Assembly (NCBI GenBank): GCA_029953675.1
Contig: JAMWBK010000013.1
Location: 310,001 to 374,000, forward strand
Reading direction: 5' to 3'
Source of the DNA: Rhodosorus marinus CCMP1338
Taxonomy: Eukaryota > Plantae > Rhodophyta
Length of the DNA stretch: 64,000 nucleotides
The translations under genes and the position numbers were made by a program. Within the stretch, counting starts at the first letter, position 1. Each line of letters begins with the position of its first letter. Under the pieces are notes generated by a model. It saw only the letters and a list, made by a program, of their open reading frames with translations, was not told where the DNA came from and made no database searches. Of this stretch, positions 38,274 to 50,899 are shown in pieces.

Positions 38274-38319
38274 GTCCGATTGGGTCCGATTAGGTCCGAT
38301 AGAAGTCGAACAGTCCGAT
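38274..38319. repeat. GTCCGAT motif array with about 10-bp period
   Basis: GTCCGAT at 38274, 38284, 38294, 38313 (variant GTCGAA at 38305); another copy at 38457. Confidence 0.8.
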
Positions 38320-39701
38320 ATAAGTAAAATAGACCTGTATTACGTAATAATTACGTCATTTATTTCCTCTAAGGTGTCTTATATATATTTATCAGACTTG
38401 AATTCAGAATATTAGTAGAGTTTATGTCCATGAAGGTCCTATACCGATCGATTGACGTCCGATATTCCTCAATCAATGACGTATATTGATCGAATATCAA
38501 TCTTCTTCCTTGGCGACATTGTGTCTGTGCGACTACTTAAGAGTTTTTAAGGCCCTCTGAATCCATTCATTCTGAAAAAAATAAAATTGTATAGAACAGC
38601 CTGTCCTCTTCAGAAGTAATCATGATTCGATATATGATAGTGACAGCTTGTCATTCCGCGAAGTAATCATAATTCAATATTCGGATGCGGAGATGATTGA
38701 TTACTAGACGTATATTGATTGACTGTCAGAAGTTTAATCGGACTAGCAACTGAACATGTATTTTAGAAGTAATTAAATCAGACATCATCTACTTTTCTAC
38801 TTTTATTCAGTGGTCTATTCCGGAAAACTTTATAGGACAGTTTATGACTCCTCTACTTCTATCTATTGGTCAATCACAATAATATATTATTTAAATATTT
38901 TAAACCTATCTTCGCTTTTACTACGTTTATACAATAGATGCGTTTCTGTTTTGATGAATTATTCAAACAAGATGCGAATAATTTACGTATTATTTGATTT
39001 TTTGATCCTGGCTGGGGGTACTCGAAAAGTGGGAATTCGTGTAGGGGGTTGTTGGACCAGTAGTACGTTTGAAGCGCATTGGCGAGTATGGGTAGCTTTG
39101 GCTCTCGGATTTTGAGTGGCGAACAAAAGTCTCGGCATTGGTCGATGGGCAGTGCCTACTATGTTTGAGATGAGTGAAGCAGCTCTTGGAGCTCCAATGA
39201 ACCTTGATTTGGGTTTGACACCCGTGAGGTTCTCGGACTCAGAATTTGCTAACACTATACTTTGCGTTCGCCAAAGTGTGGAGTTCGTTACTCCCCAAAG
39301 CGGAACAGACTCCCTAAAATCTTCATTACCATATATTTTCAAAATACACACTTTACTGAGTTCAAATTTTCTTCAATGAAGGCGAATTCTATATACATAG
39401 TTTCCGAACAGCATGATGGACTTTACGGTCAATTTTCTATTGGATAAACTTTTTTCTGGAGTTAATAGATTATGACAGGTTTCGGTGTTGTTTGTAACAT
39501 CCATTGGCTAATTTTCTATCTCTCCTCGCAGCCACTTTTTTCACTTGGTCTATAACTTGGTCCAATTCATACACAACGGTTTTCATTTCAAATCAATATT
39601 ACTAATTCGACACAAGTATCCGCGGGCAGATCGGCTTTCCGGCTCGGGCTGTCTGGAAAATTATTTCTTTACATTCTGTAATTATTCTACAGCCTCACGA
39701 A

Positions 39702-39774
39702 GCCGGCCTAGCTCAGTCGGTAGAGCGCAAGGCTCTTAACCTTGTGGTCGTGGGTTCGAGCCCCACGGTCGGTG
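39702..39774 (+). tRNA. tRNA-Lys (anticodon CTT)
   Basis: Cloverleaf: acceptor GCCGGCC/GGTCGGT, D-loop AGCTCAGTCGGTAGAGC, anticodon arm CAAGG-CT-CTT-AA-CCTTG, T-loop GGTTCGAGCCC. Confidence 0.97.
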
Positions 39775-39783
39775 CTTCAGATT

Positions 39784-39795
39784 CTTTTTTTTTTT
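39784..39795 (+). terminator. Pol III oligo-dT terminator of tRNA-Lys
   Basis: T run about 10 nt downstream of the tRNA 3' end. Confidence 0.75.
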
Positions 39796-40179
39796 AGTTC
39801 GTTGCTGTTGTTCTCGCTTGCTGCTAAATCTGTTTCGGCAACGACGCTACTGCCAAGCTCAGTGGGAGGCAACGCGAATATACCGTTTGAGGACTCGAAG
39901 GTGGAATGTCCTGGGCAATGTTTTGGCTACATGCAGACGAGGAACCAAGTGGAAGAGGTGACCCTGATGCACCAGCAAGCCAGTAGCAGCCCTCGGAAGA
40001 AATATCGAATTTGGTAGCCAGGTTGATGTCCATGCGTCCCCGCTTCCACGCATCAGGTCGTCAGCCTTGCCCCAAAGCTTGCGCATAGCTCCGGTCCTTT
40101 CAGTCTTTTTTTGGCTTCATCTGAAGCTGTTGATGATGAACTACGAACTCCTGCTCTCCATCAGGAGGTCTAACAGTTC

Positions 40180-40550
40180 AATCGAAGGCGTTCTGCGTTA
40201 TGACATGTAACGCTTCAGTAGACGGCTTTCACTCTCACGATGTATAACTCTTCTAATGCGAACTTTGTCAATCGAAAGACGTTCACAATCAAGACGGGAA
40301 ACGCTCCCCGTGCAAAACTTTCGCAATAGAAGGCGTTCTCCATCAGAAAAATGTAACGCTTTCAATCGTAGGCGTTCACTATCATGATGGACAACTCTTC
40401 CCATGCAAAACCTTCGCGATCGAAGGCGTTCACTATCTTGACGAAAACTGTTTCCCCTTGTAAAGCTTTGTGAATCGAAGGCGTTCCACGTCATGAAATG
40501 TAACGCTTTCAATCGTAGCGTTCGCTATCATGACGTGAAACTCTCCCCGA
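40180..40550. repeat. Degenerate satellite with higher-order structure (about 39+54+55 bp; 145-148 bp HOR)
   Basis: AATCGAAGGCGTTC-like core at 40180, 40270, 40325, 40364, 40418, 40473, 40511. Confidence 0.85.
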
Positions 40551-40809
40551 ACTTTGCAAGGCCAAAAAAACTGGCGCGCGTTTTATGAAAGGGTTTATAA
40601 ATACCTCGCCAGTATTGGAAGGGGCTGGGGGTGGAGAGAGAGTGAGGGGAATGGGAAACCGTTGACCGGTTTGTGTGGGTGCTGGCAGATATAGGGCGTC
40701 TAGTCTTTGGTGGTGTGTTCAAGTCGAAATTTGGTCGGTGTGGAGAGGTTTTTTTTTTGTTAGATGTTTGTTGAGGCGGTTCTATGTGTGGAGGAATTGA
40801 GAGGACCGT

Positions 40810-43800
40810 ATGAAACGGTCTCGTGAGGACATCCTCCAGCTCAATGTTGTGGAGTGCCTCCGCTCGCGGAGGGAAGTTCAGGCCGGGTCATCGGTTTGCA
40901 TGTCCAGCGGACGTGGACGCGCCGTTGCTGCCTCGCTTGTGAAGAGTTTGTCACGATGTGAAGTCAGTACTTCAAGTCTTAGTCGAGTCACGGGTGGAGG
41001 CGGGTTCCTGCTCTGTCCGTCTGTTCTTCTTGCACTCGTCAAGTATGTCCCTTGCGGCGCAGTGAACTTCCAAATCCCGCGAATACACAGACTTAGACGT
41101 CTCACACCACGTTGCGTTTCGTCCGAACTCTTCAACTCCCACTTGTTTAGATCGCGACTCCTCCACTCGAAAGATTTGGCAATTCTGCTTGAAAACGGGA
41201 GGCTTCTCAAGCTTTGCCGGTGCGAAAATGGATCCCGGGACTTGGTGCTTGAGCTTTCGAGTTTTGAATTCGAGGACCATGCTAGAGTACTGGCGTCTCT
41301 GCTCATAGCGCTGGACCCTGAGGCTGCAACATCTATAACAACGCAAATGAAAGACACACCCGCAACTTCCAAAACCTGTGCGATAGTCCTCGATCATCTG
41401 TTGACGAACTCCCCTCAAGTATGCGCTCATCCCGCATTTCCGGAAACCTGTCAAGAATCCGCTCACCTTAATTCGTTGATGCGCTTGCTCACTAAACTCG
41501 CAGTCAAACGCCGTAGAACTTGCTCTGGCTGCCGAAGCTACCGAGCTTGTTCCCAAGAAAGTCGCCGGTTATATTCAAATCCTCCGTGAAAAGTGTGGCG
41601 ACGCTGCTGCCGGTAGTGCGTGCACATCCCTGCTCAACGGCATCGTGAGCGGCAGGCTGGACAGAATTAATATTCCTGCTTGTGCTCATCTTGCCCGGCT
41701 GCTTTTGAGGGACAAATCCAACTCAACCCTTAGGTATACCGCCAGCAATCAACTATCACCCTATGACATGACTAACACCCGTCCCCGCGACGACATGCTT
41801 GTGTGTTTGTTTGCTTTCCCAGATCGTTCCATGAGCTACTTTGCTTTCCCGAGAATTCCGGTCGGGATGAAAATGAGTTCAGTTTAGTTACGGCCTTTGT
41901 TCGGCTCGCAATGGGAGTTGCGGGCTACAGCAAGTGCCTCCGCAATTTCCTCCTGAGTTCACCTCCCTTCCGGATCAGAGCCATGGCTAAGCTGCTGGTC
42001 CGCTGGATTCCTCATGAGCACATCTCGTGGACGGCAGCCACTGCTACAGTCATGAACAATACACCAAGGCACAGAGAGATTCTCGAGGTTTGATACATCT
42101 TGATACTGGCGCTTGCCACTAGCGCGGGGCGGCTAGATGTTTTCTGAACGGTGGTCTCTACTTGGCTGCAGATGTACATAATCGAGTCGACGAAGAGACT
42201 TTCCATTGGCGAGGACATGGAAAGTACGAAGCTCCTCTTTCCAGAACCTGCCTCACAGAAACTCAAGCTGAAGGTCTTGAAGATTTGCTTGTAGGTCAAC
42301 GTCGGACAGATTCGGAATTGCAAACCTTAGCCGAGGTCTTCGGGAAAGACGAAGAGCAGGCGGTCGAGCGTATCAACCGCTTGCGGTTTTTTAGACGATC
42401 TTACTTTCAGGCCGAGTTCGTACCTCGTCTGCTTCAGCTGGAGCTGTTCTCCTCAGCGCAACTGGAAAAGACTCGGGTGAACGTCATCAAGCTCCTGGGT
42501 GATCGGAAGCTCATCGATGGAAACGCTGCGACTCTTGCTGCTGCTGACATAGAAAACCGTCTCAACGTGAGTTCTTAACACTGGGGTTTACCTCTTTTTG
42601 CTCATGTTTCTGAAGGACATTTCTGCGTCTTGCCCGTGTTCTTGCGAAGCGAAGCGAGGAGGGGCCAAAACTTCTGCTTGCGAATTTGCGACCACCCTGA
42701 AACTCAGGATTCTGGGGGAAGATTTGCCCGTCGCAGTTTGGACTTTGATTAACGCCCTTGCCGGTCGTTTGCTGCCAAATGTTTCACGAGTAGTAAGTCG
42801 CTCTCGGCAAAGCAAACGAGATTCTCATGCCGCGCCCCTCACCGTTCTCTTTTTGAACCACGCAACGACCATACAGCCTCGAGAGAATCTTGCTTCCGGA
42901 ATTCTGGTATGTGCCACCAATGAAAGCCCGTCGTGGGTTCCAGAGTTTCTTCAAGTAGTTTTAGGTGACGACTCATGCATTGACGTCAGGAAAGCGTTGA
43001 GGAACGAGCTAGTTCATCTCAAATCCTCCTCGGTACGCCGAATCATCTCGTTTCAGCAGAGTTTTTTGCGAGAAGAACCCCGTTGTACCGTCTGAACCAA
43101 TTTTCCTTGTAGGACTCGTGTAGCTTCGATCCTCGACGCTTCGCGCAGGCTATCCTGCTGTTCTACGGGATGGAATCAGGGATGTCCGAGTTTCGTGAGC
43201 CAGTCGGTCCTGAGGACGAGGACTTCTCAGAATCAGTGTTCGCGAGAAACTCCATAAAGAGCCCAGAAGAGCGAGCGTATTTAATCAACTTTTCTGTAGA
43301 CTATTTATTTATTGTTGAAGCCTTGAACAGAGCTCGCCCTTCAGAAACGAGAATCAGACCTCCGAAGGCCTTGGCAGCCCTTCTGGTGTGGTATACAGAC
43401 ATGAGAGTTCGCGACGGCGAGGAGAAGGTCTTGTTCTCCACCGAAGTGGAGAAAAGCGTGCAACAGCTGGCGTCTGCCAACAACGTTGACTTTAAACGAT
43501 GGCTTTCTCATGAGGTGCACTCCCTTCTCTCACTCCGTTACCCATGTCACCTGACCATTAAGTTTGCTTTTGGGCTGTGCATTGTAGGTTAGATCTGGTT
43601 TACCGGACGTACGCAAATGCGGTCAGATCATTCTCGAAATGCAACGGAAATGTGTTGAAGCGGACGCCGTTGCAAGTGTCCTCGATTTGGTCGTCTTGTA
43701 CTCCAGGGAAAGTCACTCTATTAACTGCGATGTCCATGGTTTGGTTCTTGGACTCCTGAGCGTCGAGAAGGATCTCCAGTTTCTGGACCAGGAGAGGAAT

Positions 43801-45536
43801 TCGGCAGGTATGGTTCTGGAACTCAGAAGCAAAGAAGGCCTCTCTTCGGTTCATCCATATTTCGCGACGTTGTCCGTGTCTAAGTAGATCCAACTTCACG
43901 TGTGTAGTGAGCGTGCTCCTAGAAGCGATTGGATTGACTCTGTCCAAGTACCCGACGAAACAAGCCGTCACCGTGCTGCTCGAGGTTCTCAGCCTGTTTT
44001 CGCCGGCAATCGTTCTTGGAACGCGGGAGCCATTTGACACTGCCCTATGCTTGTTTAGCCCATGGTTGAAAATCCTGGAGCTTCCCCCATGGCCTGAAAG
44101 TGTTTATCGATGTCTGCTGAATCTGGAGGGAGCCTGCACTGCGCCTCCACACTTGCCCGTTTTCGTCTGGGCACATGTTGCACAAGCTTTTGACCGGAGA
44201 TTACCTTCGAAGTGTGTTCGCTGCACAAGCGTTTAAGCGTTTGACTTGGCCTCTGTTCACCACGCCCTGATTGCCTGAGTCATCTTATCGCTGTGGTTTT
44301 ACAATTTAGCAAGAAAAGTGAATCTTGGAGCGTTGCTGCGATAGTCGACCAGAAAGCTGCAGGCGATGTGGAATGGGGGGCTTCCTGGACGTTTCCCAGC
44401 TGGCTCGTGGACGGCCTTTCCCTTGTTCTGCACGCCCAGAGACGGAGATGCGGTAGGAAGTCAAACACCTGATCGCGCAAGGTTGGCGAGCTTCAGCGCT
44501 AAAGGTTGCCTTTCTTGTCCATCTCGCAGTACTGGACCAATTAACGGATGAGCTACGCTGCCTGGGTCGCAGCGAGGGCAGCAGGAGAACGGAAATTGTT
44601 CGCATGCTAGACTGTATGCTAAGATTGTCGAACATAATCTCGGCTCAAGAAATGGCGAGTGAGAACGACCTTGACCTTCTGTACGCTTTTGCAGCTGTCC
44701 GGTTTACGTACTATACGGATGTAACGTTTCCTGATATCGTCGCGTTGGACAAACCTGCAGTATTTAATCTGGTTGGCAAAACTCGCATGGCTCTGCCAAT
44801 CAAGTCGTCGGTAGATAAGACCGCTCACCCTGCACGTGTGTTCTTTTATTCGTGCAGTATAATAGTGTTCTTGAGTACGCGACCGAGCTGGCTGATAGAA
44901 GAGTGGTCCAGTGGAGCCTACTCTCCTCCTGCGGATATCTTTCCGGAAGCGGTAGAAGAAGTTTCCAGTCGCTACTCGGCCACAGCGCTTCGATTGACAA
45001 ATTTTTTGCGGCCCTGCTCAGCATTTATACAGGAGACCGCGCTGTAAGGTGAGCGAGCTTCAGACCTTTCTGTCCCTCCCTGGGAGTGTCCTAGGCATAC
45101 CCCGTGCCTGTGGCCTTCTGCAAATGGTTGTGCATTCAACAAGTACTTAGCTGTGTGACTTCCGTGTCTGATCTCTCTGAACCTAGTATTCGAGTAAGAA
45201 AGGGATTGGAAATAGCTGTTCTGGAGCTCAGCCAGTTCTTCGAGGATGAGGTTTATTCCGGCACAGAATCCATACGCCCATTCAACCCCACTCTTTCGGA
45301 CATGCTCATTCAGAGGATCACGTAGGGTGTTTGATAGCTTCCAAGCCCGTTTTCCTCTGGCAAGGAAGAATTGCCATAAACTAGATCTAACAGTTACTTC
45401 ACCACTACGTAATGAAGTCCCAAAACACCTTGCCAGCCGAGTTCAGATTATTACAAGTCTCGAAACGCGTTCTTGGATAGATCGGGAAGAGTCTTTATTA
45501 TGTCTTCATTCTCTAGCAGTGGAAGCTCCGGGTTGA
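40810..45536 (+). CDS. Large multi-exon helical protein, FANCA-like
   Basis: Chain of + strand ORFs with GT-AG introns; spliced segment IPHEH..PRHREILEMYIIESTKRL..SELQTLAEVFG..FFRRSYFQAEFVPRLL..RVNVIKLL resembles remembered FANCA sequence; 3' end approximate. Confidence 0.55.
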
Positions 45537-45626
45537 GTCACAGCGGAGGCAACGTGAGCTCACCTTGACCACGCAGCGTCTGGCACTCCAACAAGCTCGA
45601 ACGCTACCGACTCGATGGAGTCTCAT

Positions 45627-46459
45627 CTATAAGAACTTCACTCCCTGTAGACGATATCAGAGCATTCAGGAAACGATCATGAAAAACAGCTTCACAGCAC
45701 GGAACAGGGGGCTGCGCGTGATATGGTCGCACCAGTTGATCGGACCTCTCGGTTCCGAATACCGCCGCTTTCCCGGTGACTTCTAGATCGGCCAAGGCCT
45801 TCAACGTGAGCTCAAGCTCCAGATTGAAAAACTCTGTTCGAAGGAAGGGAACGGAGTGCGTTCAGATGAGAGCTTGGGCTTGTGTACGGATACGCAAGCC
45901 CTCAAATACCTTCTCCTTTTGTTTCTTCTCCAAGGCGAATCTCGTAAACCGTCATCACCGTTCCGTTCCTGCCTACACTTTCTACCCAGTCATAGATGAG
46001 CCCTCCCCACTCCGCCGGCCTTCTCCAATAGATTAAGCATCTTTGCTGATTCTGATCCCACTCTGCATCGCCCCTAGAAACGAGTTCACCAAGAAAGAAC
46101 CTAGCGTCTTCGAGTGACAAACGTCTCCTACGAGAAGGGAGGACAGAGCAAAGTGGAGAGCTTCAGTTCACGACCCGTTTAACTAGCTTAGCAACATCCG
46201 AGCGTCCGAGCGAACAACGTCTGTTCCTGAATTAGGATAGATCCTACGATACGGCTTGATTGTTGAATAAGGGCGACGCTGCAGCTTGTGCCACATCGAG
46301 CCAGAAGATTCTGTAGTGCTGACAGTAATCACGAATCAAATCACCCCATAGCCGGATCTGTTTCTCCCTCGTTGCTGGGATCGGCTGCCGGGTAAACGAC
46401 GGCGGAAACGAATAGAACGCTGGGAATTTGAAATCTGACCCCCGATCTTGGACCTCCAT
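45627..46459 (-). CDS. VPS25: ESCRT-II subunit VPS25, multi-exon
   Basis: FKFPAFYSFPPSFTRQP..TREKQ..W..LI, PLFNNQ, CLIYWRRPAEWG.LIYDWV, terminal exon GVKFL*. Confidence 0.92.
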
Positions 46460-46899
46460 TTAATCTCTCCTCCCTTCAACAGCAGTTCTTAAACCCCCTT
46501 CAGAGAGAATTGATGCGCAACCCCACAGGTGAAAACCCGATCACCAACGCCGAGACTTTAAAGCCTTCATTACCAAAACAAAACAGCACGTGATCGAGAA
46601 ACCACTTTTTCAGATCAGGAGTCCTCCTCCACCATACGTTTCGTTTTTCAGAGAATCCCTTGTGCACAACCAGTCCAAAGCCAGCAAGCGTTTCCGGCAG
46701 AGCCTCTTCACTTCACAGCTCTTCAACGCCAAAGCTTCAACAACCTTGAAAATTATCACTTGCTGACACTTCTCAAACAACCAATTAAAACATCTTTATA
46801 GTCGTAATTGATGGACATATCTCTTACTAACGAAGCAAATTTTCTAAGCTAAAATATAGATTGAAACGCAGTCAATTTTATGTCGTATATGTTCTTGAT

Positions 46900-48114
46900 T
46901 GGTTTATGCGTTCAACTACTATCCAATCCACTCTTTGAAGCTGGAAGCGAGTTTGTACCTTGTGGTTGGCAAACTGATCCTTCCAGTATCCTTCGTCCGT
47001 TCCAGCTTATCGAACGTCTGATGAGAAGGATTGGCAAGACAAATGATAATGCTCGGACGCTTCCTTGGATCTCGCCAGCTACGCTTGGTTCTGCATGCCT
47101 GCGCGGCATCCTGAGGTTCTGGCTCCGCATTCGGAATGTCACCTCTCCTAGCATGTCGTCTCGTTCCACGGTCAGCAAGCATCAGAGCACTTCCTTGAGA
47201 AGCATTCCGTGTTTGCGTACAATTGGAACCGTCTCCAATCTATGTAGTCCTTCGAATCAGGTTTTAATTGCAATAACAGGAAGCTCAGAGCCGTGTACAG
47301 ACCGGAAAGTGCAGCCTTGCGCTGACGGAAACAGTCTTTGAGTCAAGCAGCTCCGCTACCATGAAGAAACTCGAACGACTCAATCACAAACGGGATTAGA
47401 CGACGCGCCATGGCAGATTCCCTTAGCTCTCATGCGTCATCAAAGTGCTACTTAATACCACAAATAAGTGCTCCTGGCAAACCTCGTACGAATAATGGGA
47501 CGAAATAAGTAGAGTTCAATAGTATGAGTTCGTGAGGAAGTCAATCGAGCTTCTTCGCGAAAGGAACTGGAAGACCCCGCTGCGCCCCTTTTGAGACGGT
47601 GGACAACCGCTTGGATGGTGAAAATGGGCAGTATCACACACGACGTGCGAGATCTTCGGCTCCTGTGTTGCTACGTGGATGCTCATAATCCGACATGGAA
47701 TCCGGGCCTACGTTAATGTAGCCAGTCTTCCAGCTTCTTGAACGCTCCCCTGACTGAAGAGGACGGGACACTTCAGAGGAGCTAGACTTGACAGCTAGTG
47801 CTATAGCACTTGCAGTCCATCAAATAGAGGTGGAAAGCATTTCTATCGACGGTCATCACCGTCCATTGCTTTTGACGAGAAACCTCATCTTTTGCAATAG
47901 CCGAAGCCTCCGGGACGCTACTCAATAGGTATGAGAAGCTGTCTAGGACCGGAGAAGCAGCAAGGGTACCAGAGCAGCCGAACCTGATCCACTCCACTGC
48001 CGCGCAAGAAAAAGAAACTTGGATTAACACTCACTCTGCTCTTATCCCAATCCGTTTTGTGGACTCGCGGGGCAGGGGTTGGTTGAGATCTACTGCAGTG
48101 TCCTCCTCGTTCAT
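46900..48114 (-). CDS. Hypothetical multi-exon gene; structure unresolved
   Basis: MNEEDTAVDLNQPLPRESTKRIGIRA + GTGAGT donor, next exon DGVDQVRLLWYPCCFSGPRQLL; further minus-strand ORFs down to about 46.9 kb. Confidence 0.3.
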
Positions 48115-48228
48115 AACGATGATGAGAGTTTGGACTGGGTAGCACAGACATAGGCAATTCTAGTAAGAAAATTCTTTCGTTGTTGTGTTAGACTGTTCGG
48201 CACACTCTGAGCGTTCAAGCTGTAGTCT

Positions 48229-50099
48229 CTACGATTTGTGGTTGTTCTCAAGTTCCTCGAGGTTGCCAAGAGCATCGCCGAGCACGTTGTGGAATAGAGA
48301 GAGCGGTCCCAGGATAGAATAAACATTTCTAGTTTTCACCACCAGCGTTGAGGGCTCCTTGGATGATAAGTTTTTAGGAGGGCGGACACAGACCCTGTTA
48401 GCGAGGATGGGGCTCTGAACCACAATCTTTGGAAGTGAGTCTAATACCTTCGCTCCCAATGATATGCCATTGACAAGCTGTGTCTCCTCGGCAATCGCTT
48501 CCTTCCTGAGGATTTTCTGTACATTCTCGGGAAACGTGAACAACTTGCTCTCGAAATCGTCCTCCTTTAGGGAAGGCAATCGCAATGCTACGGATACAGC
48601 TCGAAGCGTATTCTCCTTTGTGCTACTTCTGATTAGACCTATTGGACATGAGAGGGGGGGAGGTGGGGTTCAGGCCGCTGTCCTTGTTCCAGCGTCCCAT
48701 CCAGATTCCCGGGGACGATTCAAACCTCCGGTTATGACAATATCAAATGACATTGACATCTCTGCGATCTCTTTCGCGGCATCTTTGAGTTCCTCGGGCA
48801 TAAAAACCAGCTTCTTCAGCCTCACACCTCGATCTCTCAGAACCTTAAGAGTCGTATTGCGGTCAACCTCAATCACTCCTCTCTCGATTTCGGGACTAAA
48901 CATAATCACGCCAGCGGTCCTTCTTGGATGCTACGAGAACAATTTGCTGGACGGGTAAGAACGCAATCTGAAATTTACGAGGTAGTGAACGCCTACCTCA
49001 AGATGATCAGCTTCCGAGTGAGATACTCTGCCAGCTCGTTCCATACACTTGTCGAATAGCATGTAACCAGGTAAATACTCCCCATTCTTACAAATCAGTG
49101 CAGGGTTTCGCCGAGTTCTGGTCGTCCTAGTTTTACGAAACGGTGGGGATCAAAAGCTTTTAGGGAAAGGCAGAAGCGACTGTATTGGAGGGATCCACGA
49201 GCTGAACGTACTTGCCAAGAGACGTGTAACCAACATCGTACAAGCTGCAGTACCGAAGCTCAAAGTACCGAAGGAAAGTCCATACGTCGGCATAGTCCCA
49301 CTCGAGGATTGGGTTTATGCGCATAAAATTTGGCCAGCCCCGTGACGAGGGAGAAAACTGTTGCAAATCTGCTCCGTCAGGGTCATCAAACCTCGTACCG
49401 AGAACAAACGCTTGAATTTTCGGGCGCTCATTCAGAAACTCGATCAGAGCTTCCTTGAACGCTGTTCAAGTGAGTAAGCACGAGCAGTGGGAGTTAGTCG
49501 GGCTGATGCTGCTCGGGCTGGAGCTCTGCCCCAACGTTCGACAGAGCTTTAGGAATGCTTACATGTGTGCAAAAATGACGCATCGATAGCGTACTGTTTG
49601 TCCGTTTCATGTACATATTCTTCAACTTCTGGGAATTCATCCTTTTGTACTATATACATCGAGACCACCCTAGATCTCTGTGCCTTCTCCTGTTCACTAA
49701 GTTGATTTCTCACATCCTCCTCTCTCACAAAATTAGCAACCGCGGCCCGGTAAAGATGAAGGATGACCGTCGCATCCTTTCCACCGTTGAACGCGATAGA
49801 TATCTATCCAAACAGGAACAACCGAGACGAAAGAAACGACAAGCAATCGGTCAACTTCTAAACTACGGTAGGAGGGCATCACCGTGTTTCTGGAAAGTGG
49901 AAAGGGTTACCTTATCCTGCCCATACAACCTAAGTGCACCCTCAATCGTCTCAATGGCAACTCTCAGTTTCCTTGCAAACCCACTACCTACAGCCTCCTC
50001 CCTCTTAATTCGATCATAAAGAGCTAACGCAGATAAATATGCCTCACTCACCACCTCCTCCATTTCCTCTACGCTAACCCCCGCCGTGGACAAAATCAT
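48229..50099 (-). CDS. FLAD1: FAD synthase (PAPS-reductase-type adenylyltransferase + C-terminal molybdopterin-binding/CinA-like domain), multi-exon
   Basis: ISIAFNGGKDATVILH, FMRINPILEWDYADVWTFL..YCSLYDVGYTSLG, then DRNTT..LRDRGVRL..FDIVITGG, KLFTFPENV. Confidence 0.85.
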
Positions 50100-50899
50100 A
50101 CACGGTCACTCCCAATCCTCGGAATAAAGTTTTCGTCAGACTTTAACTGACCTTCTTCATCTCAAGCCCCATCTCCTCATCGACGAAAGCTCTTAAGCAC
50201 TTCTCTCACACTCGCCACACATGCGGGAGATGAGGTCACGTTTGAACAGTCCACAGAGTGCTGTCAGACACGCCTTGCGACCCCAAGTATTTTGTTTCAA
50301 CTTCTCCTCTCAATGCAACTCGGCGGTTTGACGCGAATACCACTCTCGGTCAGAATCCTGCCATAGCGATACACTTTCTCAGTTAGGTGGCGGTGGCTCT
50401 GTAGAGTCTGTCTCTCTGGTTTACCTATCCAATACTGTCGCGGTCAATGTTGGAATCTGATTTGATATGTGTACATCACCGCCACGGAGGTGGTTTGTTG
50501 ATAGCCTACCCTCCGCTCTGTCGGTTTTTGGTAGGAGAGAATACCACTGTTGACCTGACTGTTGTGAGCCACAGCAGTCTATTCTCTGCGGAGCTTAATA
50601 TCTATAAAGTCGGACTGCTAACCACCTTTCGATAAGCAAAATCCACTCATGCAAGCACTCCAGACTCATGAAAACTCTATCTTACCGCCTCCACTTATCG
50701 CCAATTGACCTCTTAAGAAATTACCAAAACACTAAATATTCAGTATCCCCTCATTATTCTATCGGAAATATAATCCATCTTGAATAAGGAACCCCTCGCA
50801 AGGGAAACGGGCTTCCACAAAAAGATAATATAGAGGAAATAAAAACATCACTATGGGATACTAATTGAGTTGTGAATTATCCCCTAGGTTGATTTCTTT

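Noticed and set aside
38810-39480. Possible hAT/Harbinger transposase remnant next to the Myb gene
   Set aside because: Only vague fragments (LPILANAL, YPQPGS); no convincing DDE motifs.
40180-40550. CRISPR or coding interpretation (ORF 40198-40512) of the AATCGAAGGCGTTC repeats
   Set aside because: Spacers are mutually homologous in a higher-order pattern and other frames have recurrent stops; it is a satellite.
48229-50099. FAD synthase domain order (PAPS-reductase N-terminal, MoCF domain C-terminal), opposite to human FLAD1
   Set aside because: This order is already known from plant FAD synthases.
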